NCBI GenBank assembly: GCA_965649055.1
Contig: CBFGJG010000005.1
Location: 1 to 25,715, forward strand
Direction of reading: 5' to 3'
Origin: a candidate division WOR-3 bacterium
GTDB lineage: Bacteria > Hydrothermota > UBA3072 > B12-G15
Length of the DNA: 25,715 nucleotides
In this document: piece after piece, positions 18,746 through 25,715 of the stretch
Layout: each line of letters opens with the position of its first letter
Numbering within the stretch: position 1 is the stretch's first letter
Notes under the pieces: generated by a model
Seen by the model: the letters and a program-made list of their open reading frames with translations, nothing else
What the model was told of the DNA's origin: nothing
Database searches by the model: none
Translations under genes and position numbers: made by a program

Positions 18746-18773
18746 AATATATAAATTTTTACAAAAATGTCAA
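18746..18773 (-). promoter_or_regulatory. rpsP operon promoter
   Basis: Minus strand TTGACA (18773-18768), N16, TATATT (18751-18746). Confidence 0.7.
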
Positions 18774-18932
18774 GGATAAATTTAAAATGTTTTCGGGAAA
18801 TAAACAAAATAATATATAAAACTTCTTTTCCGGAGATTAGATAAACACAAATCTTTATGTTCTGAAAATATGACAGTTTTTATATTAGTTATCTTAGTTT
18901 AAAAACTCTTCCAAAATCATTATAAAAATAAA

Positions 18933-18960
18933 TTGACATAAAAAAATTTGATATTACATT
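18933..18960 (+). promoter_or_regulatory. mlaE promoter, probably leaderless
   Basis: TTGACA 18933-18938, N16, TACATT 18955-18960, 7 nt, ATG 18968; no SD. Confidence 0.65.
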
Positions 18961-18967
18961 ACAGATT

Positions 18968-19732
18968 ATGAAAAAAATTATAAAAAATAGTGTTATATTT
19001 GCACTTGATTATGTAGGTGGAGTTATATACCTTATAGCAAAAACTATAATTCTTTTGCCAAAAGTGGTGAAAAGACCCTACCTTTTCTTCCTGCAATTCT
19101 ATTTTATAGGTTTTGAATCCCTCCTGATTGTTATTATAACAAGTGTCTTTGCAGGAATGATTGTTGCCTATCAGGCCTGGTATCAGGCTCAACAATATAT
19201 ACCTATGGTTTATATAGGTATGTCTGTTGCAAAGGCAATGATGATTGAGCTGGGACCATTACTTACAGGACTTGTTGTTGCAGGAAGGGTTGGTTCAGCA
19301 ATGGCTGCTGAGATTGGAACAATGAAGGTTACCGAACAGGTTGATGCGCTTGAATCACTCTCTATTAATCCAATAGAATACCTTGTTGTTCCGCGTGTTC
19401 TTTCAAGCCTTGTTTTGCTTCCAATATTAACTATAATAAGCGAATTTGTTGCAATACTCGGTGGTTATCTTTTCACCTATACATTCCTTGATCTTCTTCC
19501 AAGCGTTTATTTTAGAGGTGTCAGACTTAACTATTATCCCGTAACACTGTATGGTGGACTTTTGAAATCAATAACTTTTGGTTTTGTTATCTCTATTATG
19601 GGATGTTATCACGGGTTGAACACGGAAGGTGGTGCTGAAGGTGTTGGAAAATCAACAACCCGGTCTGTGGTTTCTTCAATGGTTTTAATATTAATATTAG
19701 ATTATCTTGTTGGCAGACTCGTATTCAGATAA
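18968..19732 (+). CDS. mlaE: MlaE-family ABC permease
   Basis: ELGPLLTGLVVAGRVGSAMAAEIGTMKVTEQVDAL, YLVVPR, GGAEGVGKSTT.SVV. Confidence 0.95.
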   Translation: MKKIIKNSVIFALDYVGGVIYLIAKTIILLPKVVKRPYLFFLQFYFIGFESLLIVIITSVFAGMIVAYQAWYQAQQYIPMVYIGMSVAKAMMIELGPLLTGLVVAGRVGSAMAAEIGTMKVTEQVDALESLSINPIEYLVVPRVLSSLVLLPILTIISEFVAILGGYLFTYTFLDLLPSVYFRGVRLNYYPVTLYGGLLKSITFGFVISIMGCYHGLNTEGGAEGVGKSTTRSVVSSMVLILILDYLVGRLVFR

Positions 19733-19741
19733 GGAGGAATA

Positions 19742-20542
19742 ATGGAAAAAAGAAGTATTTTTGTAAAAATAGGACTTCTCACAATGATAGTTTTGATAAT
19801 ATTTTTTGTTGGTCAACTCTGGCTTGTTGAGTTTAAGGTTAGAAGGAGTGGTTATATTGCCTATGTATTCTTCAATGACGTAAGTGGATTAAAAGAGAAC
19901 GACCCTGTCAGGATATATGGTATAAAGAAAGGAACAGTTAAAAGTATGACTATTCTACCTAATGGTGTTGTTGTAAAAATGTGGATAGAAAAAGACGTGA
20001 TTCTAAAAAAGGATGTTACTGTATCAATACAGGATGTTGCAATGATAAGTGGAACAAAGACCATAGTAATAGAACCAGGGATTAAAGAAGAACTCTGGAA
20101 TATAAAAGACACTATTATTGGTAGACCAAATCTCGGTCTTGCCACACTTGAGGTTGGAACACTCGCTTCACAATTTATGACACTTGTGGAAGTCCTGAAA
20201 TCAACATTAAATAAAGGATTGGGTTCACTCGGGACTGTCGAAATCGTTCTTAATGAGATAAACACTATATTAAAGAAAAATGAAAAGAATATACAAACAC
20301 TTCTTTTAAACTCTGCACAGGATGCAGAATCCCTTAAAACATCCATTCATCTTTTAAATAAAAACCTTAATGAACTTCAAATTATACTTACAAAAATTAA
20401 TAAGAAAGAAGGGAGCCTTGGAAAAATTATCTATGAAGATGAAATGTATAAAAACATAAACGATATGTTAAAAGAAATTTCAACCACTGTAAAAGATTTA
20501 AGGGAAAATCCTCAGAAATACATTAATATAAAGGTTTTTTAA
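19742..20542 (+). CDS. mlaD: MlaD/MCE-family protein with a helical extension
   Basis: N-terminal TM; F.DVSGL....PV.I.G.K.G.V; I.I.PG; C-terminal EGSLGK and DLRENP.KY. Confidence 0.9.
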   Translation: MEKRSIFVKIGLLTMIVLIIFFVGQLWLVEFKVRRSGYIAYVFFNDVSGLKENDPVRIYGIKKGTVKSMTILPNGVVVKMWIEKDVILKKDVTVSIQDVAMISGTKTIVIEPGIKEELWNIKDTIIGRPNLGLATLEVGTLASQFMTLVEVLKSTLNKGLGSLGTVEIVLNEINTILKKNEKNIQTLLLNSAQDAESLKTSIHLLNKNLNELQIILTKINKKEGSLGKIIYEDEMYKNINDMLKEISTTVKDLRENPQKYINIKVF

Positions 20543-21143
20543 TTTCGCCTATTACAAATTTTGTTTTCAAACCTGTTTTTAAAGATATTATTTCTCTTAT
20601 AACTTCAAGGCTCCTGAGAACATCCTCGTTTTTCGGTAACATACCTTGTGTTTTCATAAAGAATAATGCCTCTTTATAAAACATATCCTCTATCTCTTCT
20701 CTCATTTTCTCATCATCAACAAAGAACCCTTTTAATCTTAAAAGTCCTGTTTCTCTTTTAAAAAATCTTATGGATGAAAGATCAACAGAAAAATCAAGGG
20801 GTTTTGGAGAAGGTAATCTTACAATAATTTCATTTTTTTCTATCGTTATTGAATCGATTGATAACTCATTTAAATCTATACCATAATACAATGTTACATT
20901 ACCTATCAATGCTCCTTTTTTATTACCCAGAAATGATACCTCTTCCCTCTCAACGACTATCTGTGTAGCTATCTTATTTGTAACAAGAAATGAAATATTT
21001 TCACTTTTTAATATACTTATAATACTTCTTTTAGTTTTTTCAGGAACAATTAATGATGATATCGGTCTCTGGTAGATTATTATAATTATAAGTATCAATA
21101 AAATTATTAATGTAATTATAAAAAATCTCAAATTTTTTATCAT
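20523..21143 (-). CDS. Membrane-anchored DUF4230-like protein
   Basis: N-terminal TM; YGIDL.EL....I......I.V.LP.P motif. Confidence 0.6.
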   Translation of the reverse strand: MIKNLRFFIITLIILLILIIIIIYQRPISSLIVPEKTKRSIISILKSENISFLVTNKIATQIVVEREEVSFLGNKKGALIGNVTLYYGIDLNELSIDSITIEKNEIIVRLPSPKPLDFSVDLSSIRFFKRETGLLRLKGFFVDDEKMREEIEDMFYKEALFFMKTQGMLPKNEDVLRSLEVIREIISLKTGLKTKFVIGEIKKPLY

Positions 21144-21149
21144 GATAAT

Positions 21150-21212
21150 ATTATTAAATGTATTAATTTATTGTCAATAATTTATTGACACTTTTAATAA
21201 TTTTTATATATT
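21150..21212. promoter_or_regulatory. Back-to-back promoters for the DUF4230-like gene (-) and rpmB (+)
   Basis: Minus: TTGACA 21177-21172, N16, AATAAT, 6 nt, ATG 21143. Plus: TTGACA 21185-21190, N16, TATATT 21207-21212, SD GGAGGT. Confidence 0.68.
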
Positions 21213-21233
21213 GTATTAAAAACGGAGGTAAAA

Positions 21234-21422
21234 ATGGCCAAAAGATGTGATATATGCGGAAAAGGACCGCAATTTGGAAATAGTGTGTCTCACTCAAACA
21301 GAGCAACAAAAAGGGTTAGATATCCTAATCTGCATGTTATAAAGAGAAAGACAAAGGAAGGGATGAAAACTCTTAAGGTTTGTTCAAGCTGTCTTAAGAA
21401 ATTAGACAAGATTAATTTATGA
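21234..21422 (+). CDS. rpmB: 50S ribosomal protein L28 (Cys-containing form)
   Basis: CDICGK....GN.VSHS...TKR...PNL...VCSSCLK. Confidence 0.97.
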   Translation: MAKRCDICGKGPQFGNSVSHSNRATKRVRYPNLHVIKRKTKEGMKTLKVCSSCLKKLDKINL

Positions 21423-21733
21423 GTGATATAATACAAATTATCACTACATTTGATAATTATAAACTTGCGGAGAAGGTCGGAAGAATACTCTTAGAAAAAA
21501 AACTATGCGCCTGCTTCCAAATAATAGGACCTGTAAGAAGTAAATACTGGTGGGAAGGAAAAATTCAAGACAGTGATGAATGGATGTGTTTTTTGAAAGC
21601 AAGGTCTGAGAACTTCAGACAGATAGAAGAGACTATAAAATCTTTACATAATTATGAAGTCCCTGAAATTATCTCTCTACCTATTATCAATATAAGCAAG
21701 GAATACCTTGATTGGATAAACTCTGTAAACTAA
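21419..21733 (+). CDS. cutA: Divalent-cation tolerance protein CutA
   Basis: LL.KKL.AC, S.YWWEGKI....E, H.YEVPEI, Y..WI. Confidence 0.93.
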   Translation: MSDIIQIITTFDNYKLAEKVGRILLEKKLCACFQIIGPVRSKYWWEGKIQDSDEWMCFLKARSENFRQIEETIKSLHNYEVPEIISLPIINISKEYLDWINSVN

Positions 21734-21746
21734 ATCTTTAAAAAAA

Positions 21747-22535
21747 TTAATCTTTATATACTGGCGGGACAACTATTGAAGCCTTGAAAACTTCAGGTGT
21801 ATAATATCTTAATTCGATTTTACCTTTTGGCCTTAAATTCTGATTTGTTCCAATTGTAAAAGACCATGTTCCAGAAGGATAGGTTGGTATAGGAACAATA
21901 TAATAAAACATTCTTTTAAAATATTTTTTGATTATCTTATGGTATCCTTTTATGAAATCTTTATTTAAAAATGGTGATTCTGTTTGTGAAACTATATTTT
22001 TTGAGATCCTTGAAATATTTCTTATAAATTCATCGGAAAATAAGACCTCACCAGGACCAACAGGATCAGTTGAATCCACAATCACAACATCAAAAAAATC
22101 ATCCGTATTTCTAACAAATTCAGCACCATCAAGAATTTTAACATCAACTTTTTTATTATCAAGATATCTACCAAGTTCACTGAAATATTTTTTAGAAACG
22201 TCTATAACCATTCTATCTATTTCAACAAGGATAATCTTCTTCACTGATTTGTATCTGAGAATCTCTCTTACAGTCCCACCGTCACCACCACCTATAACAA
22301 GAACTTTTTCAGGGGATTCAAGCATCTGAGATAATGGGTGGACTATCATTTCATGATAAATGAATTCATCCCTTTCGGTGAGCATAATTTTATCATCAAG
22401 TGTTAACATCTTTCCAAATTCAACTGTTTCAAAGACACAAACTTTCTGGAAATCAGAAAAACCTTCAAATATCTTCTTTTTTATTCCTATGGAAAGGGAT
22501 AGACCTTTACTCTGAATCTCCGTAAACCATTCCAT
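21747..22535 (-). CDS. speE: Polyamine aminopropyltransferase, canonical spermidine-synthase type
   Basis: WFTE, FG.ML.LD, DEFIYHEM, IGGGDGGTVRE, EID, DSTDP.GP, PTYPSG.W. Confidence 0.93.
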   Translation of the reverse strand: MEWFTEIQSKGLSLSIGIKKKIFEGFSDFQKVCVFETVEFGKMLTLDDKIMLTERDEFIYHEMIVHPLSQMLESPEKVLVIGGGDGGTVREILRYKSVKKIILVEIDRMVIDVSKKYFSELGRYLDNKKVDVKILDGAEFVRNTDDFFDVVIVDSTDPVGPGEVLFSDEFIRNISRISKNIVSQTESPFLNKDFIKGYHKIIKKYFKRMFYYIVPIPTYPSGTWSFTIGTNQNLRPKGKIELRYYTPEVFKASIVVPPVYKD

Positions 22536-23361
22536 ATTGAACTGGAGATAGGTTTGAAAGAAGATGTGGATGAAAATCTGTTGAATAAAATTTCAAATCA
22601 GGTATATCAGTCCTTTTTGTCTTAAGAAGTTCACCATAATCTGATGCAAGGCATATAACCCAGGGTGCCTGAAATGAAGGAGGAAAAATTTCAAACATTA
22701 TTACATTATTAAATAATTCCCTCAGGCTTCTATAAATTTTTTTTAAGTATTTAACATTATGGAAATATAAAGAACCTGCTTGCAAAGACAGAATAGCGTT
22801 GTTATTCATCTTCTTTTTCAAGTTTTTAAGAAAATTAAATGAGTAATATCCCTTCTCTGTATTTTCTTCATCAGGGTCACATAAGTCAAAAATAATTACA
22901 TCGTATTTTTCTTTTTCATCTACAATAGATTTGGCATCATCAAATTTTAAATCAACCCGTTTATCATTGTAACACTGATTTGAAAAATGAGGAATATTCT
23001 CCTTAATCAGTTCAAAAAGTCTTTCATCTATTTCCTTCATTTTTACATATTCTACTTCCTGATGCTTCAACACCTCTCTTAATGTGCAGCATTCGCCGCC
23101 ACCACCAATAAAAACTTTCTTCGGAGATGGATGAGAGAAAATAGCAGGATGAACAAGAGCTTCGTGGTAAATATATTCATCAAGTTCTGTCGACTGCAGA
23201 ACACCATTAAGGAATAAACTATAACCAAAGTTTTTCAGTTTATAAATTTCAATCTTCTGGAATGGCGTTCTCTCCTTTACTATTATCTCTTCTACAAAAA
23301 AGATCGTTATAAAATCCTTTAAGCTATTTTCTACAAAAAGTAATCGGTCATCCTCAATCAT
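22507..23361 (-). CDS. Second, divergent aminopropyltransferase (GGGE type)
   Basis: TPFQ.I, QSTELDEYIYHEALVHP, GGGECCTLRE, EID, DLCDP, PSF...W. Confidence 0.88.
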   Translation of the reverse strand: MIEDDRLLFVENSLKDFITIFFVEEIIVKERTPFQKIEIYKLKNFGYSLFLNGVLQSTELDEYIYHEALVHPAIFSHPSPKKVFIGGGGECCTLREVLKHQEVEYVKMKEIDERLFELIKENIPHFSNQCYNDKRVDLKFDDAKSIVDEKEKYDVIIFDLCDPDEENTEKGYYSFNFLKNLKKKMNNNAILSLQAGSLYFHNVKYLKKIYRSLRELFNNVIMFEIFPPSFQAPWVICLASDYGELLKTKRTDIPDLKFYSTDFHPHLLSNLSPVQYGMVYGDSE

Positions 23362-23732
23362 ACAGTCTCCGTTTTAAATTTTAATATCAGGCCTCTATCG
23401 AGCTCTACCTTCTCAATCCTTGAAGGAAGAAAAGAATCTTCAAGGTATTGAATTGCCTTATCAATCAAAACTTCATCACTGCAAGTAAAAAGGTCTATGG
23501 CAGCATAACCATACTCAGGCCATGTGTGGATGGTATAGTGTGATTCTTCAATCACAACCACACCTGAAACACCATAAGGTAAAAACTGATGGAACAGTGA
23601 TTCAACAATATGTGCATTTGAAATTTTAGCTGCATTAACCATTGCTTTTTCTACATAATCAGTTTTTGTAAGTGTTTCAGGAGAACATCCATAAAATTCA
23701 ATTAACACATGTTTACCCAAGGCTTTGGTCAA
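23358..23732 (-). CDS. speD: Pyruvoyl-dependent S-adenosylmethionine decarboxylase proenzyme (small class 1B)
   Basis: LGKH, H.F.P.GVSG, EESH.TIHTWPE (Glu-Ser self-cleavage site), DLFTC; TTG start after SD GGAGGTG. Confidence 0.93.
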   Translation of the reverse strand: MTKALGKHVLIEFYGCSPETLTKTDYVEKAMVNAAKISNAHIVESLFHQFLPYGVSGVVVIEESHYTIHTWPEYGYAAIDLFTCSDEVLIDKAIQYLEDSFLPSRIEKVELDRGLILKFKTETV

Positions 23733-23762
23733 TTTTCACCTCCTTTAAAAGATTGTTTGATG

Positions 23763-23827
23763 TATATAATAAAAATTTTTAAATTTGTCAATAGTTTATT
23801 TGAAAATTTTTAAAATTTTTTTATAAT
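23763..23827. promoter_or_regulatory. Divergent promoters for the speD operon (-) and EamA (+)
   Basis: Minus TTGACA 23791-23786 with an ambiguous -10. Plus TTGAAA 23800-23805, N16, TATAAT 23822-23827, 6 nt, ATG 23834. Confidence 0.6.
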
Positions 23828-23833
23828 AACTTC

Positions 23834-24715
23834 ATGAAGAAAAAATCATATATTTTGGGAATAACTGTTGTTATACTTTGGTCAACTGCTGCATCTGCAT
23901 TTAAAATAAGTTTGAGATATTTAAATTTTCTTCAGCTTCTTTTCTACTCAATTCTTTTCTCTGATATTTTTTTCTTCACTTTAATCCTGTTAAAAAAAGA
24001 ATTTAGAGAAATGAATATTAGAAAAAATATCAATTCTATTTTTTTAGGATTTTTAAATCCATTTCTTTATTATTTGATTTTATTCAAATCTTACTCGATG
24101 TTGAAAGGTCAGGAAGCTCTCTGTTTAAATTATACCTGGCCTATATGGATTGTTATATTTTCTGCTATTATACTAAAATCAAAAATAACCCCTGTAAATG
24201 TATTTGCAATTTTCCTTAGTTATTTTGGTGTCTTTATAATATTCACAAATTTAGACTTTAAAAATTTTAACATATATAATTCTTTTGGTTCAATACTTGC
24301 AATGTCAACAGCGGTAATATGGGGAATTTACTGGATTTTAAATGTCAAAGATAAAAGAAAAGATGAAATAAAATTATTTTATAATTTTTTCTTTTCTATA
24401 ATTTATTTTTTATTATTTCTTATTTTTTTCAAAATTGATATAAGAATTAAACTATTATATATTATTGGTCCTTTATACATTAGTTTATTTGAAATGGGTT
24501 TAACATTTTTTCTGTGGATTAAAGCACTTAAATATTCAGATAATACATCAAGGATTGCCAATCTTATTTTTCTCTCGCCGTTCTTGTCACTTTTCCTTCT
24601 TACGATTTTTGCAGGAGAAAAAATTTTGACTACAACAATATTAGGACTCATATTCATAATTTCAGGCATTTTGATAAATGAATTTTTCTTGACTAAAAGA
24701 AAATTTCGCTTATAA
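23834..24715 (+). CDS. DMT/EamA-family transporter
   Basis: About 10 TM helices in two repeats; LWST...FK, LNYTWP, W..AL, LIFLSPFLS, GE.I. Confidence 0.9.
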   Translation: MKKKSYILGITVVILWSTAASAFKISLRYLNFLQLLFYSILFSDIFFFTLILLKKEFREMNIRKNINSIFLGFLNPFLYYLILFKSYSMLKGQEALCLNYTWPIWIVIFSAIILKSKITPVNVFAIFLSYFGVFIIFTNLDFKNFNIYNSFGSILAMSTAVIWGIYWILNVKDKRKDEIKLFYNFFFSIIYFLLFLIFFKIDIRIKLLYIIGPLYISLFEMGLTFFLWIKALKYSDNTSRIANLIFLSPFLSLFLLTIFAGEKILTTTILGLIFIISGILINEFFLTKRKFRL

Positions 24716-24722
24716 ATATTTT

Positions 24723-25235
24723 ATGTTTTATTTATTACTATCTTTAAACATTGATAACTATCTTTATGAAAAAATTCAAGAATGCAGAAATCCATACCTT
24801 GATAAAACAATGGAATTTTTTTCTCTTATTGGTTCAAGAAATGCTGGTCTTTTCTTTTGTGCAATAACCTTGTTTGGAGATGATTATATGAGAGATACAG
24901 GAAAAGGTATGGCAACATCTATTTTAATAAGTCAGGGGACTACTTCTATTCTTAAATTTTTAGTAAACAGAAAAAGACCGGATGGAGAATCTGACAGATG
25001 GAATTCATCTTTCCCTTCAGGCCATGCATCAGGAATATTTGGTGTAACATATATTATTTCCAGTAGATATCCTTCTACAAGAATCTATATGTATTCACTT
25101 GCAACGATTGTTTCAATCTCAAGGGTATATCTTGGAAGACATTACCCCACAGATGTTTTTGCTGGTGCTGCTATAGGAATACTTTCTGGATACCTGACAG
25201 AGAAAATATTAAAAATGGGAGGAAATAAAAAATGA
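24723..25235 (+). CDS. PAP2-family phosphatase
   Basis: K....RKRP, SFPSGH, SRVYLGRHYPTDV. Confidence 0.92.
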   Translation: MFYLLLSLNIDNYLYEKIQECRNPYLDKTMEFFSLIGSRNAGLFFCAITLFGDDYMRDTGKGMATSILISQGTTSILKFLVNRKRPDGESDRWNSSFPSGHASGIFGVTYIISSRYPSTRIYMYSLATIVSISRVYLGRHYPTDVFAGAAIGILSGYLTEKILKMGGNKK

Positions 25236-25715
25236 ATATTGAAAAGATAAGAAATGACTTCCCCATATTAAAAAAGGGAACTATTTATCTTGATAGTGCT
25301 GCTTCGTCCTTGACACCTGAAATTGTACTTGAAGCTATGGCTGACTATTATCATAATTATAGGTCGAACGTTTCCCGTGGTGTGTATGAATTCTCAACTA
25401 TTGCAACTGAAAAATATGAAGAAGCTCACAGAAAGGTTCAAAAATTTTTCAATGCCACGAATGGTGATATAATACTTACAAAGAATACAACAGAATCTGT
25501 GAATATTGCTGCATTTTCAATACCATTAAAATCAGGTGATAAAATCGTTACAACATACCTTGAACATCATTCAAACTTTCTCCCGTGGGTTAAGCTATCT
25601 GAAATATTCGGAGCAGAACTTGAAATAATAAAACCAAATGAAGAAGGGATTTTCTCATTAAAAGATTTTGAAAATGCAATCGATTTAAAGACCAAAGTCG
25701 TTGCTGTAAACCATG
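25232..25715 (+). CDS. sufS: Cysteine desulfurase, SufS-like (5' part, runs off the window; absent from the ORF track)
   Basis: Own translation from ATG 25232: MNIEKIRNDFPIL...IYLDSAASS...NVSRG...TKNTTESVN...EHHSNFLPW; ATGA overlap with the PAP2 gene. Confidence 0.88.
   Translation, partial: MNIEKIRNDFPILKKGTIYLDSAASSLTPEIVLEAMADYYHNYRSNVSRGVYEFSTIATEKYEEAHRKVQKFFNATNGDIILTKNTTESVNIAAFSIPLKSGDKIVTTYLEHHSNFLPWVKLSEIFGAELEIIKPNEEGIFSLKDFENAIDLKTKVVAVNH

Noticed and set aside
18774..18900. Loose TTC-Nn-GAA-like motifs in the rpsP/mlaE intergenic region
   Set aside because: Too degenerate in AT-rich DNA; no convincing structure or ORF
23771..23820. AAAATTTTTAAA repeats between speD and EamA as operator sites
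   Set aside because: Low complexity and coincident with the promoter spacers
1245..24669. Short antisense or nested ORFs in the track (for example 1245-1523, 13205-13507, 14826-15020, 19861-20346, 21928-22329)
   Set aside because: They lie opposite or inside well-supported genes and show no recognisable motifs

Overview
AT-rich chromosomal window from a diderm bacterium (lipoproteins, candidate beta-barrels, MlaE/MlaD; lineage not assignable from sequence alone). It opens with the last repeats of a 37-bp class 1-like CRISPR array (no cas genes in the window). Then come an envelope operon (two kinase-less PASTA proteins, PrsW, an M15/DUF5715-like peptidase) and manC-SPOR lipoprotein-rdgB-tRNA-Pro(UGG), whose 3' end is duplicated around a small palindromic insert. 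An MBL hydrolase-mnmG operon continues into a signal-peptide-less C25/caspase-fold protease and a small partner ORF. A long minus-strand run follows: rpsP-khpA-trmD-rplS-rnhB-yraN-barrel-Ig lipoprotein-cdd/coaE fusion-nfo-HD-GYP, with no rimM. The rest is mlaE-mlaD, DUF4230-like, rpmB-cutA, speD with two different aminopropyltransferases, EamA, PAP2 and the 5' part of a SufS-like desulfurase. The strongest non-routine signals are the C25 protease/partner pair, the tRNA-Pro mini-element and rdgB/tRNA overlap, a uniform 16-bp-spacer promoter with probable leaderless mRNAs, the PASTA-PASTA-PrsW module and the cdd-coaE fusion. All product calls come from motif recognition by eye; no searches were run.
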